DNA from: Paramecium tetraurelia
Taxonomy: Eukaryota
Assembly: GCA_000165425.1 (NCBI GenBank)
Contig: CT868660.1
Span: 186,001-250,000 of the forward strand
Direction of reading: 5' to 3'
DNA length: 64,000 bases
The notes below the pieces were generated by a model, which made no database searches, was not told where the DNA came from, and worked only from the letters and a program-made list of their open reading frames with translations. Positions 52,464 through 64,000 of this stretch are shown one piece after another; position 1 is the stretch's first letter, and each line of letters opens with the position of its first letter. Both the position numbers and the translations under genes were made by a program.

Positions 52464-54237
52464 ATGAAGTTTGAACATAAGAAGAAATTCTCTGTGCATT
52501 TAGATATTTCATAACTTAAATCAAATTCTTATTTAAACTATCCTCTATCTACTAAAAGAAAGATTGATAATCCCTAATCAACTAGAAAATTGGACACTTC
52601 ACCCAAGAGTGTAAGTCCCAATAATTCTTTTTTGTCTTCTGAAAGAAAATTATAATAAAAATACCCAATAAGCAACAGCAAAACTAATTCGCTCAAAAGC
52701 ATGCTCCAACCCTATAAAATTAGGTCGCCATCAGACAAAGAAAATCATCACAGTTTTTTAAGCAACAGAAGCCAATTAAATAAGCTTCCTCTCTCAACTG
52801 AATAATTCCTTAAGTTATACAATTTAACAAGAAATGAACAAAGCGAATTGAATGGAATAAAATAAGTATAAATTTTATCATTATTTTTCAGGTTTATTAC
52901 TATAAATAACCCAAATGTCTTGTTGACTAACCAAATGGAGATTATTCCTACAACATCAAAGATCACATAAGATATTAATATGAAATTGTGAGTCTTTTAG
53001 GTCAAGGCAGTTTTGGTTAAGTATTTTAAGTTTTGGATCATAAAACTTAACAATTGTATGCTCTAAAAGTAATCAAGAACCAAGAAAAATTGAGAAAGCA
53101 AGCAATCATTGAGGCCAACATACTTTAATATATCAAAGATCATGATACAGATTAACTTTCAAATATAGTTAAAAATATAGAGTAGTTCACCTTTCGAGGA
53201 CATCAATGCATAGTATTCGAGAAGTTAGAGTAGAATTTGTTTGAATTGATTTAAAAGTAAAAATTCAAAGGAATTGATCATGAATTAGCAAGAAAAGTTG
53301 GTATTCAACTGTTGAATTCACTTAATTTCTTAAATAAACATAAGATTATCCATTGCGATATCAAACCTGAGAATGTTATGCTGTTAGATAATTCAAAAAG
53401 TGGAATCAAGCTTGTTGATTTTGGTTCAGGTTGTTTCGTTGGCTAATAGATATACACATATATTCAAAGTAGATACTATAGAGCACCAGAAGTAATATTT
53501 GGATTGAAATATGGTATTGAAATTGATATGTGGAGTTTTGCTTGTTTGATCTCGGAATTGTACATTGGAACTCCGATATTCCCAGGAGAAGACGAGATTG
53601 AATAAATCAATTTGATAATTGAAGTTATTGGAGCACCTTCTGTAGATTTTGCACTAAGATGTCCAAGAAGGAAGTATTTCTTTGATGAAGATGGACATCC
53701 AAAGAAAAACATTAAATCTTATAGAAAACCAAATTCAGTTAGTCTCTATGATAGATTAAGAACTGAGGATTCTGATTTAGTCGACTTTCTACTGAGATGC
53801 TTTGCATGGGAGCCACAAAATCGGTTGTAACCCTTAGATGCACTTAAACATCCCTGGATAATCGCTGGATTGCCTAAAGAGATACAAAAATAGCATAAAA
53901 AATATATAGAACTTGAAAAATTACTTCAAACCTAGAAGACTCCATTAGTTTAACAATTGTGTTTCTAGGGATAAAAGTAAAATAAATCAAAGGAGCACTA
54001 TTAAGAGGATTCCCAATTCAAAACTAAGAAGTAAATAAAATCCATCCTAAATATCAATACAAATCTCAGTAATATATCTGACCAAAAAGCTAGTATTAAA
54101 TCAATTTTAATATAGTATTGAGTTGTCGCTATCACGACAAGCCTTTACAATCTGAAAGGTAAAGACAGAATATTGCCTCATCTATCTACAAGCTGCTATC
54201 TGATAAACCCAAAAGTAGGAAGCCATCTTGTAATTGA
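52464..54237 (+). CDS. DYRK-family (DYRK2-like) dual-specificity kinase
   Basis: [33 protein letters not shown]. The stop is at 54235-54237, or at 54268-54270 if a final 33-nt intron is spliced. Confidence 0.93.
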
Positions 54238-54884
54238 AACTACTCTATCCACACTACTACAGTTAAATGATATATATGATATAATATATTCCATAGATTT
54301 AGTTTTTTGATTTTGTAAATCTACTTAATTTAATAAATCTTCATTCTATTCTAACTTTTATAATTGAGAGTAATAAGAGTAAGCATGAGATATTTGAATT
54401 AATAATCCAAAATAATTTCAACACTGAATTTCTCTTTCTTGATATGATTATTTATCGATCATCTTTTGATTTAGTATAAACTATGTTAATTGTAAATTAA
54501 ATAATTTTAGGGGTAGCTTCATATTAATAATATTTATTATTAGCTGAATCTAACTCTACTTAATAGAAGATTTTAAATGAAGTTTAATTAAGTTTTACTT
54601 GAGAATAACAAAATATTCTTAAATACTGATTCTTTATATCGAAATTAATAAGTAAATTCCTTAAATTTATGATAGAAATAAGTTGATCAGAGATGTTTTT
54701 TGATTAGAGTGCTATGAATTATATTTAAATATCATAATATATAATTAAGTTAGGTTATAGTGAGAACACTTATTATCTAAGAATAACTACTAATTTTTGG
54801 TAACCCAAAATTTATATTTAGGTAAAATAAGAATTTAGATGATGAATAAACTCAATTTTATAATTAATACGTTTTTATTGATAA

Positions 54885-57800
54885 ATGCACTACGTTCCAG
54901 TTTCATAAACAGAGAGGCGTATTTCAAAATTGAAGCACAAAAATAAACAGAAGACTATGTTTATAATAGTGGGAGCATTGTTATTTTGCTTAATAGCAAT
55001 GTTGGTGCTTATTGTACTAGATGTTAATAGTATTGTTTCATTATATAAGATTATGTTAAGATTAACAGTATTTTTTAAATATGGTAACCACAAACAACAG
55101 TGGCCATGGTTTAGACTCAAAGAGATGTAATATCTTCAAAGCATAAGCAAATCGATGAATAATTATTTCATCTGAAATCGATATTTCAAGAGAAAGCATA
55201 CAAAGAGGCCACAAATCTAAAACTGCCTATAATAGATAAGAATGAGTATTAGTATTTCACTTTGTCCAATGGGTTGAAAGTATTGGTGATTCAAGATCAA
55301 GAAGCAAAAATTGCATAGGCAGCATTATGTGTGAATGCGGGTTCATGGTCAGAACCAGATGAATACCCAGGATTGGCACACTTCTTAGAACATATGCTAT
55401 TTTAAGGATCTAAGAGTTATCCCTAAGAGGGTTATTTCTAAAAATTAGTCGCAGAAGGAGGTGGTTCAACAAATGCTTATACAAGAGGAGAAGAAACTAA
55501 TTATTATATGAAGATAAATAATGAGAGAGTAGTGGAAGCTCTGCAAGTGTTTGCTCATTTTTTCATTGATCCTTTACTGGATTCAAGTATGGTGGAGAGA
55601 GAAGTCAATGCAGTAAATAGTGAGTATGAGATTGCAGTATCAGGTGATTTATGGAAGATCTCTCATCTATTCTAGATTTTATCAAATAAACCAATAGGTA
55701 GATTCACAATAGGTTCATTGAAGACTTTGAAAGACCCAATGAAAGAATTAGTAAAATTTCATTCACAATTCTATAGTGCAAATATAATGAGTTTAGTGGT
55801 CAAATCAAATTATCCTGATATGGCCAAATGGATTAGAGAATAGAGTGATTTTTCATAAATACCAAATTTGAATTTGAAGAAAAGATCAAAGTTACATTTA
55901 CCCTTAAAGAAAACTGGTCTTATGGTCAAGTATAAGACAAATGGAGACAAGAACTAATTGATCATAGCTTATCAATTAGACTCTCCTAGAACTACAAAAA
56001 AAAGCAAAACTTTACCAATGATAGCATCATTAATTAAATCAAAACATAAGGAAGGATTACTTGATTATTTAGTGAGACAAAAGATGGCTTTGAATGTTGA
56101 TGCAGGTACATTCCTAGAAGGAAATGGGGATTTCACTTTCTTTCTTATTGAAATTGAATTGATTGAAGGAGTAGATGAACTCAAAGTAGCTGAGACTGTG
56201 ACTGGATACTTTAACAATATGTTAGACTAGTTCTTTTAAGAGGTGGATAAGAATGAAATCAATTACACACCATACTTAGAAGAAATCTGGTAACAATACA
56301 AACAATTGCAATTATCACAATACAACTATCTAGATAACAACCATTATCCAACTGTATAACAGATAGCTCATAATTTAAATTACTTTGATTATACTGATGC
56401 AATGAGCATTGAATTTTTGTATGAGGAATTCTAACCTGAGAGTATCTATAATTATTTGACAGAAATGCTCAACCCATCAAACATTGTAATATTCCATGGT
56501 TCACCCAAATTCACTAATCTTAAATAATCATCAGAATTATACAGATTAGAATATGAAATCATGACACTCTCAAGAGAACAGATTAAAAAATTGTCTAGTG
56601 CTGTTACCACTAAAGTTGTACTATTTGATTGGGTAAAAAGCAAATAATTACCATTGTTGTTACCCAAGATTAACACCTTTATCCCTAAAGATTTTAGTAT
56701 CAAATCTCTATGCAGAGAGCAAACCTCATTTATACAAGCTCCACTTGTGTTTAAAAGCAAAGAAGACTGTATTTAACACGAAAAGGAGTATGAGACCATT
56801 AATCACTATCCTCTTATGATTAAAAGAACTGTGGAAACTAAGGCTTGGTGGAAATTACAAAGATAATTCTAAGTTCCACAAATATTTACAGGAGTCATGT
56901 TTAATACACCCAAATCTATCAATTCATTAAAGGATAAACTCTTGATTCAAGTGTTTAATACACTTGTTACTGACAATTTGAATCAAGAAATCCAAGAAGC
57001 TATTGATGCTGGATATCAGTTCCAATTTACACCAAGTATCAAAGGAGTTTCCCTTGAATTGTATGGATGGTCTGACAACTATCAATCATTCTTTGAAAAA
57101 GTTCTGTAATCCATTAGTAATCTAAAATATGATTCATTCTCTTAAGTGAAATAGAAATTAATGATCTATTACAACAATATATATTAAGACAAACTATTCA
57201 GAGTTGCGATGTCCGAATATTTGAATTAGGTTGTCTAAGCTCAATATTACACTGCTGAACTCTTTTTGGAAGAATTAAACATCTTGGATTTGGAAAGTCT
57301 ACAATAGTTTCATTCCAACTATTTCTCCAACTTTAGAGTATCATCTTTTGTAAGTGGAAACATACTTAGATCTGAAGTAGAGGATCTACTACATTCAATT
57401 AGGAAAGTGTTTCATAAATCAAGCAGTCATACATCAGAAGAACCTCATGTATTTAATATAAGAGACTTAACTAACAAAAATGTGGTTGTTCCTTTAATTC
57501 ACAAGGGTGGTGATAGTAATGATGTTAATGGAGTTACAATTAATTATTATCAAATCGGTCATAGAAACAAAAAGAATTTTGCCATAATGAATCTTATTCA
57601 ACAATTCTTCCATAACCATGCTTTCTAATATCTCAGAACTGAGAGACAGTTAGGTTATGTTGCTCTTATGAGGTTCATTCCAATTGGTTGCATAGATGGT
57701 GCGGCAATTATTGTTTAAGGAACAGCACAAATGCCTTATGTTGTCAATTAACATATCGAGGACTTTCTGAAACAATTCCATAATGTGCTTTTATCATTGG

Positions 57801-58206
57801 CTGATGATTAATTGGATAATATCAAAAATGGAGCTGTATTTATTGTATCCTATTTAGAAATCTGCGCTTTAAGAGAAGGACAAATCATTGTATGATGAGA
57901 GTGCTTACATTTGGGGTTAGATCAGAGGTAACAACCTTCAATTGGAAGAAAAAGAAATTGCGATTGCTATGATAGATGAAATAGTGTAGAAGGTATTGAT
58001 TGTTGTTTAATAATAATAAGGATATCATAGAGTTTTATGAGAAATACTTTATTAAATAGTAGAATAAGTTGAGTTTGTAAATTTATGGCAAAGGATTGAG
58101 CGAACAATTTAATTAAGTGAAAGACAATTTATTGGAGAAGGAATCGATTATTGAATTGAAGACTCTAAATGAATTTAAATGTGCTTATACCCTAAATAAT
58201 TTATGA
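54885..58206 (+). CDS. Insulysin-like M16A metallopeptidase with an N-terminal signal anchor
   Basis: TM after a basic stretch; GSWSEPDEYPGLAHFLEHMLFQGS (HxxEH); EREVNAVNSE; LRTERQLGYV. Confidence 0.92.
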
Positions 58207-58286
58207 AGAAATAATATTAAATAAGATTAATCAATAAAAACTGTTTTATATAATTTAGCTATTTTATTAAATCATGATAGTATAGA

Positions 58287-59033
58287 TCATTATATTTTCT
58301 CCAAAAGACTTTTCTAAAATTGTTTAATAGCCATTTCTGTTTAGGGCCGTAATTCGAGATCAAATAGTCTTCTATAAAATCAATATGTGTTTAGATTACT
58401 TTTCATAATTCTTCTTATGATACATATTCCAAACTTATTATTCATTCTTGCTTTGTTTAGCTATAATTCCTCTCACCTAATCATTTTCTCTCATAATAAG
58501 TGTAATTATAAATACAATTTTTAAAATAATTCTTTTGACCACTGTTGTGTTTTATTTGGTCTTGGACTAGGAACCTCAACTTTGGTGTTTTTCTTCTTTC
58601 CCAAATAGCCAGTTTGATGAATGGAATTTTGTCTGATCAATTTAGGCGATCTCGGTAACACACTTTCTTTTTTCACTCTGAAATTGATGGCACTTTTATT
58701 TTGATCTACCTTCCCAAACTTTCTCTATTTCCTTAATTGCTTTATATTTTAAACATATAAAGTAAACTCCTTTAATGATTCTACATTTTTTGTTGTATCT
58801 GGAAGTACAATATCTGGTTTGTTTTATAAGTTTTATTTAGGTTATTATTTAACAGCTGACAAGTATTCCACCTCATGATCAATAAATGGCTAAGGAATGG
58901 GAAACTTTTTGAATCTCTAGAAGTTTAGTTTGGATAAAGCTATATGATTGCTCTAATAAGTGTTATTCTCCAAATAAGCAAAGAGATTATTTAATCTCTA
59001 TAAAGTTTGACAAGGGCTTTCAATCATTTTCAT
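58287..59033 (-). CDS. Hypothetical basic protein
   Basis: MKMIESPCQTLQRLNNLF.. ORF; the 3' part has inferred introns. Confidence 0.55.
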
Positions 59034-59049
59034 TTATAAATAAAAATAT

Positions 59050-59560
59050 TCATTATTTTTATTACAAAAACTCAATTATTTCACTGTGATTGTATAATTT
59101 CGCCCTATCCAGTACCATCATGTCCAATTCATCTTTCCCATCAAATATGGCTTAATAGTAGTTTCAAATCAACACCATCTACACCTCCCTAGAAATGTAG
59201 CCGAAAGAACAGCCTTATTGTCTTTATAAGTTGGTTAATTCTCATTTGTTAGATGCAGAACAAATTTATACTTTAAAATAATAATCACAATAAGAATAAT
59301 TCATTTTGAGATTATTACTATGCTTTAAGAAAGTAGGGTTTATTATAGTTCTAAATAATCTAAGAATCAACATTTAAGCTCCCACTTTCAAGATCATCCT
59401 TTATCTATTTTATTTGATTCTATCTGATATCACTTATATGAGACACTTATTCTGAGTTTTTCTCTCACTATAAATGGTTCACTCTGTCTGATAATCGCCA
59501 ATTCTAAATTGTACTACTCAAAAGTTATAAGGAATCTATTTATATAATCCTATAACATTA
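59050..59560 (-). pseudogene. Ankyrin-repeat gene remnant
   Basis: Fragments SLNVDS..NKPYFLKA, NQPTYKDNKAVLSATFLGSVD..LKLLLSH and DGKDELDMMVLDRAKLYNHSEIIEFL are separated by frame changes or TGAs. Confidence 0.55.
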
Positions 59561-59579
59561 AATTTAATTTTGTGGTTAT

Positions 59580-59970
59580 ATGTTTTCATCCTATAGAAAA
59601 AAATTGTTTGATTAGAAGCTAGCTGAATAGCAATAAAATCTCCATTAATAGAAGGAACTGAAAATAAGATAGAGTCGTGGTTAAATTGATCAAAGAGCGC
59701 TTGCTACCTATTTAGGAGCGTACATTCAAATGAAATGTATAAGATTTTATGGATTTTTAAGAAATCGAGGATTTCTTTTATGAATAATGTACCAATTAAT
59801 GCATTGACATCTAAAACGAATGGATGAATGATAAAGAAAGATAGTGTTTGACTGATTGCAATAGTAAAATAACAAAATTCACCAAAATTGCAAAAGACAA
59901 TTATGCAAACATAGACGATGAAACCAAAAAGATTGTTTCTTCTGTTTCTTCATTGCTAAGTAGAAGATGA
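59580..59970 (+). CDS. Small Tim-like (twin CX3C, Tim8/9/10/13 family) mitochondrial intermembrane-space protein
   Basis: FYEQCTNQCIDIQNEWMNDKERQCLTDCNSKI; 25-nt intron. Confidence 0.8.
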
Positions 59971-60180
59971 TTTATAAATTTAATAAATTATATACCATGT
60001 TAATATAAGAATTTCATAAAATTTGATGTTCACATTCATCTTCAATTTAGATTAGAGCATCTATGAATAAGAGAGTTTACAAGTAATCACATAAATACTA
60101 TAGTTATAAAAGTGCTATGTTTATTGCAATTAAGAAATATATTTTTAAAATATTTAGCAAAGAAATGATTAATATAAATA

Positions 60181-61473
60181 ATGAGTAATCATTCTAAGAG
60201 ATCAACTCTCATGAAATGCAATACTATGAAGGCACCCAAATAATTGAGGAAAGCCAAATCTTTTTATTCATAGGCTGAAACCTTTCAACTTAGTAATCAA
60301 GTTGATGGAACTGATGAAAAATTGAAGTACTTTTCACAATAATAAATAGGAAATTAGAGTAATCATTCCATAACCAATCCGATTATAAGATTATGCAATC
60401 TTAAACAAGATTTAATAAGACTTTGTCAGTTCATAAAAAAAACAATATTGTTGCTGAGACAATTATTCCAGAATGGTTGAAATCTCGAAAGGATTTTCAA
60501 TAAATTTGTTATACAGAAACTATAAATGATTTACTGTCTGTTCCCAAGATAATTTTGAAATAGCAAAGAAACACAATTGAAGATTAAAAGATAAAAGATT
60601 GGATTCAAAATAAAGTTTATGGATTACCTGATGAACTTTATAAGGATATCACCTAAATTATGACTACCAGAGTTTTTGCATTCGAAGAAATCTTTGACGT
60701 CGATCACAACATCACTGTCTTGTATGAAGGCAAAGTCTAGAGGGTCAATAAAGATCTAGGCTTCCCAATTAATGGTCCTCCCATTAAAGTGGGCGAATTC
60801 TTGAGTGATGAATATCTCTACATGGTTAAGACTGATGTCATTATTGTAGAAATACCCAAGATTGAATTGATGCAACTCATGGATGGATTCAAAATTTCAA
60901 AATTAGAATAATTTGTATAACAAATGAAGTAATTTCCTGCTTTCAAATCCATCAAGAAAAATAGCTTACACAAAATCATTACGAGGGGACAATTGCAATT
61001 GATCATCAAGAATTATTAAAGGTTTTAAAGGGCTTCCAATTAGGAGTACTTAAACATTCTCTTCTATGGCAAATTACAACTGAATCTCAGAAAACTCATC
61101 AGCAAAATGAATAAATGGCCTATTGCTTAGAATTAGTGGGAAACCAAAACCTATTATTAATATTAGGATAGGATTTTAGAACTAGAATCCCTTAATTGTT
61201 TTGGACTCACAGATGATTAATACACTATATCGACAAAGGAGAGTTGTGTTCTATTGTAAATTAGAAGAAATATTTTAGAAACAAGTATTAATGCACGAGA
61301 TTAACATAGTTCTGACAACAGAATAGATAAATGATTTGAAATAATCAATTGATATATTCAAAAAGGAATCTAAAAGTCAATGGAGAGAACGAATGAGAAG
61401 AAAGTTTGATTAGGAACTAATACAATAGAAACTACGCATGGAAAAAGTAATGATTGCTTTGCTAAATAATTGA
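60181..61473 (+). CDS. Divergent cyclic-nucleotide-binding-domain-like protein
   Basis: ITVLYEGKVQ..VGEFL; FPAFKSI..LNILFYGKLQL..LESLNCFG..TKESCVLLQI. Intron structure uncertain. Confidence 0.55.
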
Positions 61474-61486
61474 TTATATAATTTTA

Positions 61487-63024
61487 ATGTCTTTTTAAAT
61501 ATAACATTATGTTATAGGTAACAAATTATAATTTTGAATAAGATTAGTTAATGGGAAATGGTAAATATGGCAAAATTGTGATGGCTAAACATTAATTAGT
61601 AAATGAAAAAGTCTGCATCAAAATATTGGAGAAAAAGAATCTCAAATTTAGTCAAGATTTCGAAAATCTTGAAAACGAAATTCAGATACTCAGACAAGTT
61701 AAGCATCCCAATGTAATCCACTTATATGAAGTAATCTTAATCCAGTTAAAATAGATTTTGGAATCTACTTCAAATATTTACATGATTTTTGAATATGGCG
61801 AAGGAAATGACTTGAAACATAGATTAAACTAATGTCAAAAGTATCATATATATCATTTATTGATTTTCAGAAGCCGAATCATTAATATATTTGTAGTAAA
61901 TAGCCAAAGGAGTTTCCTATTTGCATGAAAATAACATAATTCATTATAAACTGAGATTAGGGAATATCGTACTTTAAAATGGAAGACCTAAGATCATTGA
62001 TTTTAGTGAAGCCATCAAGATTGAAAAACAAAAAGATAAAGATTATTCTATAATTAAATTACCATATTAATCTCCAGAAATGTTAAACTCACTCTATTAT
62101 GAATTTGATGGTGAACAATATGATATCTGGTGTTTAGGATTAATTCTTTATTAAATGTTATAAGGGCAATTACCATTTGATAACACAACTAATAATAATG
62201 ATTTAAAGAGTAAAATTAAGAAATCAAAATTTTAAATTAATTATCCTATTTCTTAATAAGTTTGTTCATTATTAGAAGCAATGCTCAATGCTGATCCTAA
62301 CAAAAGAATTAAACTTAATGAATTAAATAGTTACTTAGGAACATAAAATCTACAATTTGAAGATGATTATTTGAAAGTCCCCGTTGACATACCGATGCAT
62401 GTGATAATTTAAGAATTGGAAAATTACTAATTAGAAACAGTTAATTTATTTCAATTATTAGAATAGAATAAACATTGTACATTAACTACATGTTATTATT
62501 TAATAAAAAATAAATTAATGAAATTGGCTAAACTAAAAAAAGTTAAGTTAAATTTAATGAATTTTGAAAATAGTAAATTTAATTTTATGACAAACTTAAG
62601 AAACAGTATATAATTCGCAACTAAAAAGTGTAGAATTTATTAGAATGCCACTAGAGTTCATACTGAAAATAATAAAAATAGATCTGAAAGCTTCTCTTAA
62701 AATGTATATCAATATAAGTCTTTGAGTCGAACAAATAATAGGAAAGTTTCAATAGTGAAATAGACTGAGTAAAGTCCAAAATAATTATAAACTTAAAATT
62801 CTTTCTTTCCTTCTTAAAATTCTCCTATTATTGATTAATATAATAACAATATTCACAAAGGTAGTTACAATCAAAATTTAAATAAATAGGAAATAATTAA
62901 CGATAATTATTCTATGTACTAAGATAAACAACAACAAAGAATAAGAAATGTCTTGTTTCCTAATAAAAATTTTATAATATAAGATAAAAATAAAAAAAGA
63001 AGATCAACCTCATAAAAAATTTGA
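61487..63024 (+). CDS. CAMKL/SNF1-MARK-like pseudokinase with a UBA-like region
   Basis: MGNGKYGKI, VCIK, KHPNVIHLYE. Catalytic loop reads HYKLRLGN (no HRD), with DFS and SPE. UBA-like TTCYYLI follows. One intron appears to be GT..TG. Confidence 0.8.
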
Positions 63025-63078
63025 TATTATTTTTAACAATGTTTAACATTTTAACTAGAAATGAATTAATTAATTCAT

Positions 63079-64000
63079 TCATTTTTATTACTTAATCTAT
63101 CTTTCCACTCTAATGCGTGATACTTCTTAGTATTTAGGCTAACCAAACTTCTTTCTAACAGCCTATAGATTTGATTTATCTTATGATTGCAATACAAGAC
63201 ACATTTCTTTGGCACAAAACCTAAGTTCTTATTCATTATATCCAGTCATTTTTTGCATCTCTTCATTCCAAGATTGAGGAGTCTTCCTATGAAAATACAT
63301 TTCTGTTACCTTATTTTATGGACCAGATAAATTGCAGCTGCGGAAAGAAATGATGGCTTATAATTCATGAATTTGATGTCAATCATTGAAAGCTCCAATA
63401 GATACTAAGCTAAAAATAAATTCTTGGTATCTAATCCTGCAATTCTACCAAATCTCTAGAGAAAACTATAACTTGATGGTTAGGTAATGGAAAAGTCTAA
63501 TGTTTACAATATTTATCCTTCCATTTCGAGCACATCCTATTTGGTGTAGGCATTGTCAGTGATGTACACGAAATCTTTCAAATCAGGTGGATAGATTTCC
63601 TCATATTTACAAGCTATAAATAATGAAGCCACTCCAACTAATTAAAGTTATTGTCTAGTTGTAGTCTTAAGATTTAGATATCTGTCTATTAAATATGTTG
63701 TAACATATAATGTCTCATCTCTTAATTTAAATTTGAGATGAACATCAATCAACCAATCCAATAGAATTGCTCTCATTCTAGTGTTTAAGTCTGGTTGTTA
63801 TTGTTCATTCATATAATTATTACTAACTAAATATTTCTATTCTTAAGTCAATAAATAGGTAAAGATCTCTTAACTATATAGTGAAGTGTATTAAGGGTCT
63901 TTAAGCATTTATTAATCAAAAGAACATAATTAATGAGTGCAATTTTCAACTTCCATTTTGTTTTCTCTTTCTTCCTGCCATAAATTAAGTTTGAGATATC
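63079..64000 (-). CDS. Mitotic B-type cyclin (5' end beyond the window)
   Basis: Cyclin box [51 protein letters not shown]. Confidence 0.95.

Overview
This is AT-rich eukaryotic DNA, most likely a Paramecium (aurelia-type) macronuclear chromosome segment. Genes open only under the ciliate code (TAA/TAG = Gln, TGA = sole stop) and carry tiny GT..AG introns of about 20-33 nt. The supplied standard-code ORF track therefore shows only fragments or off-frame shadows. By manual translation I find about 45 densely packed genes. They include a DHHC-type acyltransferase, tandem SDR reductases, a secreted beta/gamma-crystallin-tailed protein, transportin, DIM1, AGC/CDPK/DYRK kinases, RPS8, a PH-Sec14 lipid-transfer protein, p24, GAR1, a chromodomain protein, DENR, eL43, an ACP-like protein, LITAF, RRP5, a MORN-CaaX protein, insulysin, a small Tim, a pseudokinase and cyclin B, interspersed with decayed gene remnants. 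I see no prokaryotic system, CRISPR array, rRNA/tRNA or intact transposon. The most interesting items are: a ciliate protein resembling the plant organellar OZ/VAR3 domain; an eL43 lacking 3 of 4 zinc ligands; an ACP-fold protein lacking the phosphopantetheine serine; stand-alone domain mini-proteins (EB1-EBH-like, survivin-helix-like, CRIM-like); two headless pseudogenes fused at a deletion junction; and several non-canonical splice or frameshift sites. All family assignments come from motif recognition from memory, not database searches. Some gene ends are approximate.
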